A program made the position numbers and the translations under genes. Of a stretch of DNA of 64,000 nucleotides, positions 32,365-43,525 are shown piece after piece; within the stretch, counting starts at the first letter, position 1, and each line of letters opens with the position of its first letter. Under the pieces are notes generated by a model. It was not told the DNA's origin, searched no databases, and saw nothing but the letters and a program-made list of their open reading frames with translations. Source of the stretch: Candidatus Omnitrophota bacterium (lineage in GTDB: Bacteria > Omnitrophota > Gorgyraeia > Gygaellales > Profunditerraquicolaceae). Where the stretch lies: NCBI GenBank assembly GCA_026387455.1, contig JAPLLR010000016.1:6358-70357 (forward strand), given 5' to 3'.

Positions 32365-33102
32365 ATGAAAGCGCTGATATTAGCGGCAGGGTACGCCACA
32401 AGGCTTTATCCGTTGACCAGGGAATATCCCAAGTCGCTTCTTCCGGTTAATGGCAGCCCGATAATCGATTATATAATTGACAAGCTTGCGCGGGTAGATG
32501 AGATCGAAGAGTTTATCGTTATCACCAACAACAAGTTTTTTAGACAATTTAAGGCTTGGCAAGGCAAACACCGCCTAAAGAAGAAGATCAGCATCGTAAA
32601 TGATCTTACCCGTGATAATGCTACGCGGCTTGGCGCCATCGGGGATATGAATTTTGTGCTAGACAAGAAGCGCATTAAGGAAGACCTGCTGGTTATCGGA
32701 GGGGACAACCTTTTTAGCGGCTGCGTAAACAGATTCTTAGGTTTTGCCAGGAAGTTTTCCGATTGCCCTGTTATCGGGGTTTACGATATAAAGAAAAGAT
32801 CGGAAGCCAGTAAGTACGGCGTCATCAAGTTGGATAAGTCAAAGAGGGTGATTGATTTTCAGGAAAAGCCCGAAGATCCAAAATCAACACTTGTTGCGAT
32901 GTGTCTCTATTATTTTCCAAAAAGAAGGCTGGGGCTTATCCAGGAGTATCTGCATATTAGGGCAAAGAAAGATGACGCGATGGGTTTTTATATAGATTGG
33001 TTGTGTAATCGTGTGCCGGTGTATGGTTACGCGTTCAGCGGTAAATGGTTTGATATAGGGGATCATAAGTTTTATAACGCGGCGAAAAAAAGCTTTAAGT
33101 AA
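32365..33102 (+). CDS. sugar-phosphate nucleotidyltransferase family protein
   Basis: LAAGYATRLYPLT..PK, EKP, WFDIG. Confidence 0.85.
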   Translation: MKALILAAGYATRLYPLTREYPKSLLPVNGSPIIDYIIDKLARVDEIEEFIVITNNKFFRQFKAWQGKHRLKKKISIVNDLTRDNATRLGAIGDMNFVLDKKRIKEDLLVIGGDNLFSGCVNRFLGFARKFSDCPVIGVYDIKKRSEASKYGVIKLDKSKRVIDFQEKPEDPKSTLVAMCLYYFPKRRLGLIQEYLHIRAKKDDAMGFYIDWLCNRVPVYGYAFSGKWFDIGDHKFYNAAKKSFK

Positions 33103-33196
33103 TCCCTTGCCTAATCGCGCCAAAAATCTTTTCAATATTTTTGGCGCAGGCTTCGGGATTATTTGCCGAACCGCAATAGCGGGCAAATAAGGAGGG
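33101..33196 (+). repeat. family C hairpin repeat (uninterrupted)
   Basis: CCCTTGCCTAATC-GCGCCAAAAAT..ATTTTTGGCGC-AGGCTTCGGG, CCGCAATAGCGG, AAGGAGG. Confidence 0.8.
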
Positions 33197-33203
33197 TTTC
33201 AAA

Positions 33204-34382
33204 ATGGCCGTAAAGAAGCATTTCTTCACATCAGAATCGGTAGGAGAAGGTCATCCGGATAAGGTCTGCGACCAGATATCGGATGCGGTACTGGACAAGA
33301 TCTTAAAAGACGATCCAGATCGCGAGCATGCCAGGGTTGCCTGCGAGACTTATGTTACTATGGGGCTTTTGGTCGTGGGTGGTGAAATCACTACTAACGC
33401 CTATGTTGATATACAGAAACTTTGCCGCGAAGTCATCGCGGGTATAGGATACACGCATCCTAAATACGGTTTTGATTCCCAGACCTGCGCTATCATCAAT
33501 ACTATTAACCGCCAGTCTCAGGATATTGCTCAGGGTGTCAATGTCGGCGGAGCAGGAGACCAGGGCATTATGTTTGGTTACGCTTGCAATGAGACTAAGG
33601 AGTATATGCCGCTTCCTATCACTTTAGCCCATAAGTTGGTCAAGCGCATGGCTGATGTGCGTAGAGACGGCACGCTGGATTATTTAGGTCCTGATTGCAA
33701 ATCGCAGGTTACTGTTCAGTACGAGAACGGCGAGCCTAAGCGCGTGGATACCGTTGTGCTTGCTTGTCAGCATACTGAAGATATTTTAGATAAGACCGGA
33801 AAGCATATCACTGATAAGGCAAGGCAGGAGATGATCAATGAGGTGGTAAAGCCGGTGTTAAAGGGCATGATCGACAAAGATACCAAGTATTATGTCAACC
33901 AGACTGGTAAGTTTGTAGTTGGTGGCCCGCAGTCCGATACTGGCATGACCGGAAGAAAGATCATCGTCGATACTTACGGCGGCACGGTTCCCCACGGTGG
34001 TGGAGCTTTCTCTGGTAAGGACCCCACTAAGGTGGATCGTTCCGCGGCTTATATGTGCCGCTATGTCGCCAAGAACATGGTGGCTGCGGGACTCGCGGAT
34101 AAGCTGGTCATCCAGCTTTCCTATGTTATCGGCCATGCGGATCCTCTGTCGATCTGGGTAGATACTTACGGAACCGGCAATTTGTCTGACGAGAAACTGG
34201 TCAGGCTCATTCGCGATAATTTTAAGCTCACCCCTAGAGGGATCATCGAGTCGCTTGATTTATTGCGCCCGTTTTATCGTAAGACCGCTTGCTACGGACA
34301 CTTCGGTAGGAACGAAGCGGATTTTAAGTGGGAGTCTACGGATAAGATAGCGGAATTGAAAAAACAGGCGTCACGTTTATAA
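33204..34382 (+). CDS. metK: S-adenosylmethionine synthetase
   Basis: [26 protein letters not shown]. Confidence 0.97.
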   Translation: MAVKKHFFTSESVGEGHPDKVCDQISDAVLDKILKDDPDREHARVACETYVTMGLLVVGGEITTNAYVDIQKLCREVIAGIGYTHPKYGFDSQTCAIINTINRQSQDIAQGVNVGGAGDQGIMFGYACNETKEYMPLPITLAHKLVKRMADVRRDGTLDYLGPDCKSQVTVQYENGEPKRVDTVVLACQHTEDILDKTGKHITDKARQEMINEVVKPVLKGMIDKDTKYYVNQTGKFVVGGPQSDTGMTGRKIIVDTYGGTVPHGGGAFSGKDPTKVDRSAAYMCRYVAKNMVAAGLADKLVIQLSYVIGHADPLSIWVDTYGTGNLSDEKLVRLIRDNFKLTPRGIIESLDLLRPFYRKTACYGHFGRNEADFKWESTDKIAELKKQASRL

Positions 34383-34390
34383 CATACAAT

Positions 34391-34651
34391 ACACCTGGCC
34401 TTATAGCACCTTGGCATATAGGATTGTCAAGGTGCGTCCCTTCTGGGACGGATAAGCCAGCTGCACAAACAGTGCGCGTTCGCCCAACCTATTGGGCGAG
34501 GCGTGTTCCGTCCTAAAAAGGACGCACCCAGCATACCTTTTAGCTGGGGTGCAGCCTTCTGTTACACCCAACTTTAGCCCCTTCCTTAAAAGGTACAGGA
34601 AGAGCTACCCCTCTGGGGTTATAGGAAAAGTTGGTGTTGTGCTTACTGCAC
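34391..34651. repeat. cluster of six nested or tandem two-hairpin elements
   Basis: Outer A 34391-34563 with inserts 34407-34450(+), 34461-34503(-), 34509-34552(-); second A 34564-34651 with type B insert 34577-34621. Confidence 0.85.
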
Positions 34652-34662
34652 AAGGAGAGAAA

Positions 34663-35919
34663 ATGAAATACGACATCAAAAATATCAAGTTAGCTAAGAA
34701 GGGTGCGTTACGCATCGAGTGGGCAAGCAATAATATGCCGGTGCTGCGCATGATTGAGGAAAGATTCAAGAAAGAATTGCCCCTGAAGGGCTTAAGGGTC
34801 GCCGCTTGTCTGCACGTGACTACCGAGACTGGTGTTTTGATGGAGGTGTTAAAGTCCGGCGGTGCCGAGATATATCTATGTGCCTCGAATCCGCTGTCAA
34901 CTCAGGATGATGTAGCGGCATCATTAGCGGCAAATTTAAAGATCTCGGTATTCTCTATTAAAGGAGAGAATACTAAGACCTACTACAAACACATGCAGTC
35001 CGCATTGGCTGCCAAGCCGCATATCACTATGGATGACGGCGCGGATCTAGTGAGTACTATCCACCAGCGGCCGGAGTCTATGCACAGCAATATAATCGGT
35101 GGTACGGAAGAGACCACTACCGGAGTGATCAGGCTGCGTGCCTTGGCTGAACAGGGAAAGTTGCGCTATCCTATCATCGCGGTCAATGACGCGTTGACTA
35201 AGCATTTGTTCGATAACCGTTACGGGACCGGGCAGTCTACTTTAGACGGTATTATTCGTGCTACCAACGATCTGGTCGCAGGCTCTAATTTCGTGGTCTG
35301 TGGCTACGGCTGGTGCGGTAAGGGCGTGGCTATGCGCGCTAAAGGATTAGGAGCGCGGGTTATAGTTACGGAAATCGATCCTTTGCGCGGCCTTGAGGCT
35401 ACCCTTGACGGTTTTGATGTGATGCCCATTAAGGATGCGGCTAAGGTCGGTGATATCTTTGTCACAGTCACCGGAGATATCAATGTCATCCGGGCAGAGC
35501 ATTTCAAGACCATGAAAGACGGTGCCATAGTGTCAAATTCCGGGCACTTTAACGTGGAGCTGGACCTTCCGGGATTAGCTAAGTTAAGCAAGAAGAGAAG
35601 GTATATCCGCGAATTCGTGGAGGAGTTTACTTTAAGAAACGGCCGCAAGGTAAACATTCTAGGTGAGGGGCGTTTGATCAACCTGGCTGCAGCAGAAGGC
35701 CATCCGGCACAGGTCATGGATATGTCATTTGCGAATCAGGCGCTTTCCGCAGAATATATGGCTAAGAATTACAGGAAATTAAAGAAAACTGTATTTAAGG
35801 TTCCGGATGATATCGATAAGAACATCGCAAAGCTGAAATTGAAATCTATGGGTATTTCTATTGATATATTGACTCCGGAGCAGAAGAAATATTTGGCTAG
35901 TTGGGAGATGGGCACCTGA
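34663..35919 (+). CDS. ahcY: adenosylhomocysteinase
   Basis: [36 protein letters not shown]; ATG after AAGGAG. Confidence 0.96.
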   Translation: MKYDIKNIKLAKKGALRIEWASNNMPVLRMIEERFKKELPLKGLRVAACLHVTTETGVLMEVLKSGGAEIYLCASNPLSTQDDVAASLAANLKISVFSIKGENTKTYYKHMQSALAAKPHITMDDGADLVSTIHQRPESMHSNIIGGTEETTTGVIRLRALAEQGKLRYPIIAVNDALTKHLFDNRYGTGQSTLDGIIRATNDLVAGSNFVVCGYGWCGKGVAMRAKGLGARVIVTEIDPLRGLEATLDGFDVMPIKDAAKVGDIFVTVTGDINVIRAEHFKTMKDGAIVSNSGHFNVELDLPGLAKLSKKRRYIREFVEEFTLRNGRKVNILGEGRLINLAAAEGHPAQVMDMSFANQALSAEYMAKNYRKLKKTVFKVPDDIDKNIAKLKLKSMGISIDILTPEQKKYLASWEMGT

Positions 35920-36878
35920 TGAAGAAAATTGCTGTACTGACCACCGGTGGAGATGCGCCGGGGATGAACGCGGCTATCCGCGGGGTAGTGCGCTCGGCTG
36001 TTTACAATAAGCTTGAGGTAATTGGCGTTTTTCGTGGTTGGTGGGGCCTGATCAATGAGGAACTTAAGCCCATGGATCATCGTTCTGTCTCAGGGATCAT
36101 CAGCCAGGGTGGAACCATACTTAAGACTTCCCGATGCCGTGAGTTTTATACCGAGGAAGGCCAGAACCGCGCCTATGAGACAATTAAAAAGTACGGCATT
36201 GATGGTCTGGTGGTCATCGGCGGTAACGGCAGTTTTACCGCCGCGCAGAAGTTTACTGCCATTTATAAAGTTCCTTGTATCGGCATTGCTGCTTCTATCG
36301 ATAACGACGTAAACGGTATCAGCATGACCATTGGCTGGGATACTGCTATTAATACAGCGCTTAATGCCATTGATAATATCCGCGATACCGCGACTTCCAT
36401 GGAACGGATCTACGTAATCGAGGTGATGGGCAGGGAGTGCGGTTCGATTGCTCTGGCAGTGGCTCTTGCCGGAGGATGCGAAGATGTGATTATTCCGGAA
36501 AGACAGTATAACTGGGAAGATGTATGTCACAGTATCGTAAATGGAAATATCCGGGGCAAGATCAGTTGGATTGTGGTAGTAGCTGAGGGCGCGGGAACTG
36601 CGCCTGAGATCGCTAAGAAGATTACTGATATGACTACGCTGGAAACTCGGGCGTTGGTTTTGGGGCATATTCAAAGAGGCGGCAGGCCTACAGCGATATC
36701 TCGCGATATTGCTTTGAATCTGGGTAAGATGGCGGTGGATCTTCTGATAAAAGGAGAGAGCAACAAAGCTGTAGGCATTCAGGGGAATAAAGCTGTGGCA
36801 GTTGATTTTGAAACGGCGATTAAGAAAAAAGAGACTAACGTGGAAGAAATATACAATTTGATTAAGATAATGAGCTAA
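35919..36878 (+). CDS. pfkA: 6-phosphofructokinase
   Basis: TGGDAPGMNA, GGNGS, SIDND, EVMGR, GHIQRGG. Confidence 0.94.
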   Translation: MKKIAVLTTGGDAPGMNAAIRGVVRSAVYNKLEVIGVFRGWWGLINEELKPMDHRSVSGIISQGGTILKTSRCREFYTEEGQNRAYETIKKYGIDGLVVIGGNGSFTAAQKFTAIYKVPCIGIAASIDNDVNGISMTIGWDTAINTALNAIDNIRDTATSMERIYVIEVMGRECGSIALAVALAGGCEDVIIPERQYNWEDVCHSIVNGNIRGKISWIVVVAEGAGTAPEIAKKITDMTTLETRALVLGHIQRGGRPTAISRDIALNLGKMAVDLLIKGESNKAVGIQGNKAVAVDFETAIKKKETNVEEIYNLIKIMS

Positions 36879-36921
36879 TTTTCCTGAAGTAAGATTATCG
36901 AAAATTAAGGAGGATTGACTA

Positions 36922-38244
36922 ATGGGAAGACGGCCGATTGATATTGATAAGTTAGTAATGGATCTGATTAATAGCGATGACTCAGGAGCAAAGAAAGAGA
37001 TCGCCAAGAAAATCCAGGATATTGCCTATAAAAAAGGGATTTATCCTTCAAGTATTCATGAGTTATATATTGCGCGCGGCCGCGGTGAATTCAGTGGTTT
37101 TACCGTTCCAGCGTTTAATTTAAGAAGCATGACTTATGATTTGGCCAGGGGGATGTTCAGGGTTGCCAAAAGAAACAATTCCGGTGCTTTTATTTTTGAG
37201 ATCGCTAAATCTGAGATGGGCTACACTGCCCAGCCTCCGGTTGAATACACCAGTGTTATTCTGGGAGCTGCTATTAAAGAAGGCTGGACCGGCCCGGTAT
37301 TTATTCAGGGCGACCATTTTCAGGCCAATGCCAAAAAGTTCCAGGAAGATCCGGAAAAAGAGTTAAAAGTCCTGCAGGATCTGATAGTTGATGCTGTCGG
37401 CGGCGGTTTTTACAATATCGATATCGATTCATCCACGCTTGTGGATTTATCTAAGAAAGATATCAAGAAACAGCAGAAGCATAATTATGAAGTATGCGCA
37501 AAGCTTGCCCAGTTTATCCGCCGTATCGAGCCTAAGGGCATTACGGTTTCTGTGGGCGGTGAAATTGGCGAGGTTGGGCATCAGAATTCTACTCCTGAAG
37601 ACCTGCGCGCGTTTATGGAAGGATTTAAGGAGAGGCTGCGTAAGGGGCTGACTGGGATCAGTAAGATTTCCATTCAGACCGGGACTTCCCATGGTGGGAT
37701 AGTATTACCTGACGGAACTATAGCTCAGGTAAAGCTGGATTTTGATACCTTAAGGAATCTTTCGGAAATCGCTAAGAAGGAATTCGGCTTGGGAGGTGCG
37801 GTTCAACATGGAGCTTCAACTTTACCGTCTGAAGCTTTTCATAAGTTCCCTGAAAATGACTGTTGTGAAGTACACCTGGCGACAGAGTTTCAGAATATGA
37901 TTTATGACTCTAAACATTTCCCAATGGATCTAAAGAAGAAGATGTATGATTGGCTTAAGGTAAATGCTGCCAATGAGGCAAAAGCCGGGGAAACCGAAGA
38001 GCAGTTCTTCTATAAGACCCGCAAAAAAGCCTTAGGCCAGTTTAAGAAGGATATTATGGGCTTGCCCCAGGCTACGCGCGACGCCATTGCCGCTGAGATC
38101 GAGGCCAGGTTTGAGTTCTTGTTTAAACAGTTAAACGCTTTGAATAACAAGCAGCTGGTGGATAAATACGTCATCTTAAAGCGTGTGATCATCCGTAAGC
38201 GCACCGAAACGAATGTGGTGCATGACGGCGAAGGCGCGGATTAA
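36922..38244 (+). CDS. class II fructose-bisphosphate aldolase family protein
   Basis: QGDH, GGEIGEVG, GTSHGG, VQHGAS; follows pfkA. Confidence 0.85.
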   Translation: MGRRPIDIDKLVMDLINSDDSGAKKEIAKKIQDIAYKKGIYPSSIHELYIARGRGEFSGFTVPAFNLRSMTYDLARGMFRVAKRNNSGAFIFEIAKSEMGYTAQPPVEYTSVILGAAIKEGWTGPVFIQGDHFQANAKKFQEDPEKELKVLQDLIVDAVGGGFYNIDIDSSTLVDLSKKDIKKQQKHNYEVCAKLAQFIRRIEPKGITVSVGGEIGEVGHQNSTPEDLRAFMEGFKERLRKGLTGISKISIQTGTSHGGIVLPDGTIAQVKLDFDTLRNLSEIAKKEFGLGGAVQHGASTLPSEAFHKFPENDCCEVHLATEFQNMIYDSKHFPMDLKKKMYDWLKVNAANEAKAGETEEQFFYKTRKKALGQFKKDIMGLPQATRDAIAAEIEARFEFLFKQLNALNNKQLVDKYVILKRVIIRKRTETNVVHDGEGAD

Positions 38245-38479
38245 ATGAGGACATGACTTATGGAGCCGCCGCAACGCGGCAGGCGATCATAAGGCCCTTC
38301 CTTTATCGGATGGGAAGGCCTACCCCTGTGGGGTAAGTCATATGTCCGAATTTATCCCGTCCCTGGCCAATCTGAAAGATTGTCCAGGACTAGTCCTGAG
38401 AAATTTTACAAATTTCTCAGGGCGAATGTGTGAAAATTTTTTAAAAATTTTCACACGGCATATGAGACGGGATTAATGA
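38242..38479 (+). repeat. family D composite hairpin repeat with type B insert (38293-38336)
   Basis: TAAATGAGG..ACTTA..TAAGT..CCGAATTTATCCCG..GGGATTAATGA shared with 59096. Confidence 0.8.
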
Positions 38480-38506
38480 AATTATTAGTAGAGATCGGGG
38501 GTATTT

Positions 38507-40159
38507 ATGCGATCAGACATAATCAAGAAGGGTTTGGAACGCGTTCCACATCGGGCTTTATTACATGCTACGGGGTTATCTCGTAAGGATCTGGATCGGC
38601 CGTTTATCGGCGTAGCCACATCTTTTACTGATCTTATCCCCGGTCATATCGGCATGCGTGATCTGGAGCGTTTTATTGAGCGTGGGATCTGCTATGGCCA
38701 GGGCGTGCCATTTCTTTTTGGCGTTCCAGGTATTTGCGACGGAATCGCTATGGGCCATTTGGGAATGTGTTATCCTTTGGCGCTTCGTGAGATCGTGGCT
38801 GACACCATTGAGACTGTTTGTAACGCCCATCAGCTTGACGGAATCGTGTGTCTGACTAACTGTGATAAAATCACTCCCGGTATGCTTATGGGGGTGGCGC
38901 GATTGAATATTCCGGCGATCGTGGTCACTGCCGGCCCGATGTTATCCGGAAGGTATAACAAAAGAAAACTGGCTTTTGTGCACGATACATTTGAAGCAGT
39001 GGGGTTAGCTAGAAAAGGCGCGATTTCCCAAAAAGAGCTTACTTGTTTAGAAATGGAAGCTTGTCCGGGCGCTGGTTCTTGCCAGGGCCTCTACACTGCA
39101 AACACTATGGCTTGTCTTACCGAGACAATGGGTATGTCTTTGCCGGGCTGCGGTACAGCTTTGGCGGTTTCCGCCAAGAAGCGTCGCATTGCTCAGGAAA
39201 GCGGCGAGCGTATTGTGGAGCTGGTGAAGAAAAATATCAAGCCGCGTGACATTATCACCAGGCAGTCTTTGGAAAACGCCATTGTGGTGGATATGGCTTT
39301 GGGCGGCTCAAGCAATACAGTCTTGCATCTCATGTCTATTGCTCATGAAGCGGGCATTAATTTGGATCTTAAAACTTTTGATAAGATCAGCAAAACAACC
39401 CCGCATATCGCAAGCATTGAGCCTGCGGGTGATCATTATATGGAAGATGTGGAGTATGCCGGCGGGATTCCCGCGGTGTTAAAGCGCTTAAAATCAAAGT
39501 TAAATAATACTTTGAATGTCAGCGGCAAAAAGACATTTCAGATCGCCGAGGAAGCTCGGATTTATGATGAAGATGTGCTTCGCCCAGTTAATAAAGCGTA
39601 TCATAAACAAGGCGGTATTGCCGTGCTTTACGGAAATCTTGCTCCGGATGGAGCGGTAGTGAAGCAGTCGGCGGTTAACGAAAAGATGATGCGTTTCTGC
39701 GGAAGGGCGCGCGTGTTTAACCGCGAAGAAGAGGCGATGAGCGCGATCATGAGTAAAAGGATAAAGTCAGGGGATGTGGTGGTTATTCGTTATGAAGGTC
39801 CTGCGGGCGGTCCGGGTATGCGTGAGATGCTTGCCCCAACTTCGGCGATCGTGGGTTTAGGATTAGCGGATTCCGTGGCTTTGATCACTGACGGCAGGTT
39901 CTCCGGAGGCACCAAAGGCCCGTGCATCGGACATGTTTCTCCTGAGGCCTCCAGCGGTGGTCCGATAGGATTGTTAAAAGACGGCGATATCATCTCTATT
40001 GATATTCCGAACAGAAAGATAGATGTGAGGTTGTCCAAATCAGAGATGGAAAAGAGGCGTAAGAACTGGAAGGTGGTCCCGCCGAAAATCAAGACCGGGT
40101 ATCTTTCCAGATATTTAAGGTTAGTGAGCTCTGCGGATAAGGGAGCGATATTGAAGTAA
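38507..40159 (+). CDS. ilvD: dihydroxy-acid dehydratase
   Basis: [32 protein letters not shown]. Confidence 0.97.
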   Translation: MRSDIIKKGLERVPHRALLHATGLSRKDLDRPFIGVATSFTDLIPGHIGMRDLERFIERGICYGQGVPFLFGVPGICDGIAMGHLGMCYPLALREIVADTIETVCNAHQLDGIVCLTNCDKITPGMLMGVARLNIPAIVVTAGPMLSGRYNKRKLAFVHDTFEAVGLARKGAISQKELTCLEMEACPGAGSCQGLYTANTMACLTETMGMSLPGCGTALAVSAKKRRIAQESGERIVELVKKNIKPRDIITRQSLENAIVVDMALGGSSNTVLHLMSIAHEAGINLDLKTFDKISKTTPHIASIEPAGDHYMEDVEYAGGIPAVLKRLKSKLNNTLNVSGKKTFQIAEEARIYDEDVLRPVNKAYHKQGGIAVLYGNLAPDGAVVKQSAVNEKMMRFCGRARVFNREEEAMSAIMSKRIKSGDVVVIRYEGPAGGPGMREMLAPTSAIVGLGLADSVALITDGRFSGGTKGPCIGHVSPEASSGGPIGLLKDGDIISIDIPNRKIDVRLSKSEMEKRRKNWKVVPPKIKTGYLSRYLRLVSSADKGAILK

Positions 40160-40162
40160 ATC

Positions 40163-40350
40163 TGCCCCGCCTCATAAACGCCGCAAAGTTTCTCGGCGCT
40201 TCGCGCCAGTAAACCTTGCTGGCATTCGGCGGGATTAAGCCCCTTCCTTATAGGAGAGGAAGGGCTACCCATTTTGGGTAATTCGCGTTTTGACTTACTC
40301 ACACCGCCTGCCTGCGGCAGGCAGGTGTTCGTAAGTCAAGCGTTCATTAA
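40163..40350 (-). repeat. family D repeat (reverse) with type B insert (40239-40281, + strand)
   Basis: Reverse complement reads TTAATGAACG..GACTTACG..TAAGTC..CGAATT[insert]AATCCCG. Confidence 0.7.
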
Positions 40351-42015
40351 ATGACTGGCGCAGAAATATTATTAGAGAGTTTAAAGCGCGAAGGGGTAGA
40401 GGTGATGTTCGGCTACCCCGGAGGCCAGGTGCTGCCTATTTTTGATAAACTTTATGATTCGGATATTAAGTTTATTCTTACCCGTCATGAGCAGGGAGCA
40501 GCTCATGCTGCCGACGGTTACGCCCGCGCCACCGGCAAGCCCGGGGTGTGTCTGGCTACTTCCGGCCCGGGTGCTACGAATCTGGTGACCGGAATCGCCA
40601 ACGCCTGCATGGATTCTATTCCTATGATAGCTATCACCGGCCAGGTGAAGACTTTTCTTATAGGTAACGACGCTTTTCAGGAAGCGGATGTGACCGGGAT
40701 CACCCGCCCTATCACCAAGCATAATTATCTGGTTAAAGATGTGAAAGAGCTGGCTTCTACTATACGTGAGGCTTTTTATATCGCAACCAGCGGAAGGCCG
40801 GGGCCGGTGCTTATCGATATCCCTTCTGATGTGCAGCTTGCGGATACGGAATTTATCTGGCCTGAGGTTCCCGAGATACGTAGCTACAAACCGACTTACT
40901 TCGGTCATCCCGGACAAATCAAAAAAGCCGCTAAATTAATCTCTGACTCAAAAAGGCCTATCCTATATATAGGGGGAGGAGTGATTTCTTCAGGCGCGCA
41001 TAAGGAATTGCGCATTTTGGCGGAAAGCCTTAAGGCTCCCTTGACCTGGACCCTGATGGGTATAGGTGCTTTTCCTGGTGATCATGAATTGTCTTTGGGG
41101 ATGCTGGGTATGCATGGCACAGCTTACGCTAACCACGCTATTATGGAGTCAGACCTGATTATCGCTATAGGCGCCCGTTTTGACGATAGGGTGACCGGAA
41201 GAATAGATGCTTTTGCACCGCACGCCAAGGTGATCCATATTGATATTGATCCTTCTTCTATAAGCAAGAACGTAAGAGTGGATATACCGATTGGGGGAGA
41301 CGCCAAGAATATAATTGGCGAGCTGCTTGAGCAGATCAAGAAAGCTCCAGATACTACAGAGTGGCTTAAGACTGTGGAGTTGTGGAAAAAGAAATATCCC
41401 ATGAAATATAAGGATGAGGGCAAGCTTAAGCCGCAGTATGTGGTGGAAGAGATTTATAATCTGACCAAAGGAGATGCCATTATTACCACCGAGGTGGGGC
41501 AGAATCAGATGTGGGCTGCCCAGTGGTATAAGTATAATCATCCGCGTACTTTTATTTCTAGCGGTGGATTAGGCACTATGGGTTTTGGATTTCCGGCGGC
41601 AATGGGCGCTAAAGTTGCTTACCCGGAAAAACTTGTGTTTGATATCGCCGGAGACGGCTCAATACAGATGAATATTCAGGAATTGGCTACTTGTGTTGCG
41701 AATAAGATACATGTGAAGGTAGCGATCCTTAATAACGGATATTTAGGCATGGTGCGCCAGTGGCAGGAGCTTTTTTATAAGCGCCGTTATTCGCATGTGG
41801 CTATCACGGCTCCGGATTTTGTTAAGCTTGCGGAAAGTTTTGGTGCGGTAGGTATTCGCGTGACTAAGAAAGAAGAAGTGCGGGGTGCACTTGAGAAAGC
41901 AGCCAAAATTGACAATACCGTGTTCATTGATTTTGTGGTGGAGGGAGAGGAGAATGTGTATCCCATGGTTCCAGCGGGAAAGGCCATCAACGAAATCATC
42001 GGAGGTCTAGCTTAA
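40351..42015 (+). CDS. ilvB: acetolactate synthase large subunit
   Basis: [27 protein letters not shown]. Confidence 0.96.
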   Translation: MTGAEILLESLKREGVEVMFGYPGGQVLPIFDKLYDSDIKFILTRHEQGAAHAADGYARATGKPGVCLATSGPGATNLVTGIANACMDSIPMIAITGQVKTFLIGNDAFQEADVTGITRPITKHNYLVKDVKELASTIREAFYIATSGRPGPVLIDIPSDVQLADTEFIWPEVPEIRSYKPTYFGHPGQIKKAAKLISDSKRPILYIGGGVISSGAHKELRILAESLKAPLTWTLMGIGAFPGDHELSLGMLGMHGTAYANHAIMESDLIIAIGARFDDRVTGRIDAFAPHAKVIHIDIDPSSISKNVRVDIPIGGDAKNIIGELLEQIKKAPDTTEWLKTVELWKKKYPMKYKDEGKLKPQYVVEEIYNLTKGDAIITTEVGQNQMWAAQWYKYNHPRTFISSGGLGTMGFGFPAAMGAKVAYPEKLVFDIAGDGSIQMNIQELATCVANKIHVKVAILNNGYLGMVRQWQELFYKRRYSHVAITAPDFVKLAESFGAVGIRVTKKEEVRGALEKAAKIDNTVFIDFVVEGEENVYPMVPAGKAINEIIGGLA

Positions 42016-42488
42016 TGCGTCATACGATCTCAGTATTGGTAGAAAATAAATTCGGAGTGCTTGCCCGCGTGGCTGGTTTATTCAGCGCTCGTGGTTACAA
42101 TATCGCGTCATTAGCGGTTTCTGAAACGCTGGATCCGTCTATTTCTTATATGACTATTGTAGTCGAGGCTCAGGATGAAAAGATCCTGGAGCAGATCAAT
42201 AAGCAGCTGAATAAGCTAATTGACGTCATCACCGTGACGGATTTTACCAAAAAAGCGCACATTGACCGCGAGATGGTTATGGCCAAGGTGGAATATTCTC
42301 CTAAAGATAAAGCTAAGCTGGAGAGTATATTTGATAAGTATGTAGGTAAGATCATCAAGGCTAAGGCTGGGATCGCGATCATCGAGGCGGTGGGTGATCA
42401 GGCTCAGATCAAAGGGCTTTTAGAGCAGTTGGATAAGTTTGGGGTGAAAGAGCTAGTTCGGACAGGTAGATTGGCGATAGCTGAATAA
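42015..42488 (+). CDS. ilvN: acetolactate synthase small subunit
   Basis: VENKFGVLARVAGLFSARGYNI, ELVRTG. Confidence 0.93.
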   Translation: MRHTISVLVENKFGVLARVAGLFSARGYNIASLAVSETLDPSISYMTIVVEAQDEKILEQINKQLNKLIDVITVTDFTKKAHIDREMVMAKVEYSPKDKAKLESIFDKYVGKIIKAKAGIAIIEAVGDQAQIKGLLEQLDKFGVKELVRTGRLAIAE

Positions 42489-42507
42489 CTAAACAACGGA
42501 GGAAGAG

Positions 42508-43503
42508 ATGGCTAAAATTTATTACGATAAAGATGCCGATTTGAATTTACTTAAAGATAAGACTATTGCTATTATTGGTTATGGAATTCAGGGTCGCGGG
42601 CAGTCATTGTGCCTACGTGATTCCGGCTGTCGGGTAGTAGTTTCTGAGATGGAAGGCACTACGAATTACGAGCAGGCAAAAATTGACGGATTTACTCCGG
42701 TAACTGCTGCTGAAGCTGCCAAAGCCGCGGATATTATCCAGATCCTGACTCAAGATCATGTGCAGGCCAAAGTTTATATTGAGTCCATTAAGCCAAGCCT
42801 AAAAAAAGGTAAGGCATTATGTTTTTCCCACGGATTTAATATTAGGTTCAAGCAGATCAAGCCGCCGAAAAACGTGGACGTGTTTATGGTGGCACCCAAG
42901 GGTCCCGGCGCATTAGTGCGCAAGATGTATGAAGAGGGTAAAGGCGTTCCCGGATTGATCGCAGTTTATCAGGATGCCACAGGTGAAGCAAGGCAGCTGG
43001 CACTTGCTTATGCCAAGGCGATCAAGGCTACTACTGCAGGAGTAATTGAGACTACTTTTGACGAAGAAACAGAGACCGATCTTTTCGGCGAGCAGGCAGT
43101 TCTTTGCGGTGGAGTATCTGAGCTAATAAAAGCTGGATTTGACACCCTGATCGAAGCAGGGTATCAGCCTGAGATTGCATATTTTGAAGTTCTGCATGAG
43201 TTAAAACTTATCACCGATTTGATCCAGGAAAGAGGGATCTCCGGGATGCGTCGCGGAGTCTCCAATACCGCTTGCTATGGTGATTTGTCTCGCGGTCCGC
43301 GCGTGATAACCGCAAAGACTCGTAAAGAAATGAAGAAGATGCTTAAAGAAATAAAGAGCGGAAAGTTTGCTAAAGAGTGGATCAAAGAGAACGAAGACGG
43401 CAGGCCGAATTTTAATAGATTGTTAAAAGAAGGAGATGATCATCTGATTGAGAAGGTGGGACGAGAGCTACGTGAGATGATGCCTTGGATGAAGAAGGGT
43501 TAA
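42508..43503 (+). CDS. ilvC: ketol-acid reductoisomerase
   Basis: [27 protein letters not shown]. Confidence 0.97.
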   Translation: MAKIYYDKDADLNLLKDKTIAIIGYGIQGRGQSLCLRDSGCRVVVSEMEGTTNYEQAKIDGFTPVTAAEAAKAADIIQILTQDHVQAKVYIESIKPSLKKGKALCFSHGFNIRFKQIKPPKNVDVFMVAPKGPGALVRKMYEEGKGVPGLIAVYQDATGEARQLALAYAKAIKATTAGVIETTFDEETETDLFGEQAVLCGGVSELIKAGFDTLIEAGYQPEIAYFEVLHELKLITDLIQERGISGMRRGVSNTACYGDLSRGPRVITAKTRKEMKKMLKEIKSGKFAKEWIKENEDGRPNFNRLLKEGDDHLIEKVGRELREMMPWMKKG

Positions 43504-43525
43504 ATTCTCCTAAAAGACAAAAATC

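Noticed and set aside
34391-34651. CRISPR array
   Set aside because: Units are nested and in mixed orientation, with no regular repeat-spacer period and no cas genes.
34383-34662. SAM/SAH riboswitch between metK and ahcY
   Set aside because: The spacer decomposes almost fully into dispersed repeat units also found at unrelated genes; no riboswitch consensus recognised.
34492-34662. N-terminal extension of AhcY (similarly ORF-track starts at 4264, 6746, 27358, 60180)
   Set aside because: Extensions run through repeat or leader DNA; downstream starts match family N-termini and mostly follow an SD.
36090-37007. 305-aa antisense ORF (also 4306-4932, 30682-31344, 43787-44413, 51541-52122)
   Set aside because: Shadow frames of well-supported + strand genes.
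38245-38506. ilv attenuator or T-box leader
   Set aside because: No Ile/Leu/Val-rich leader peptide or T-box motif seen; the sequence matches the family D repeat at 59096.
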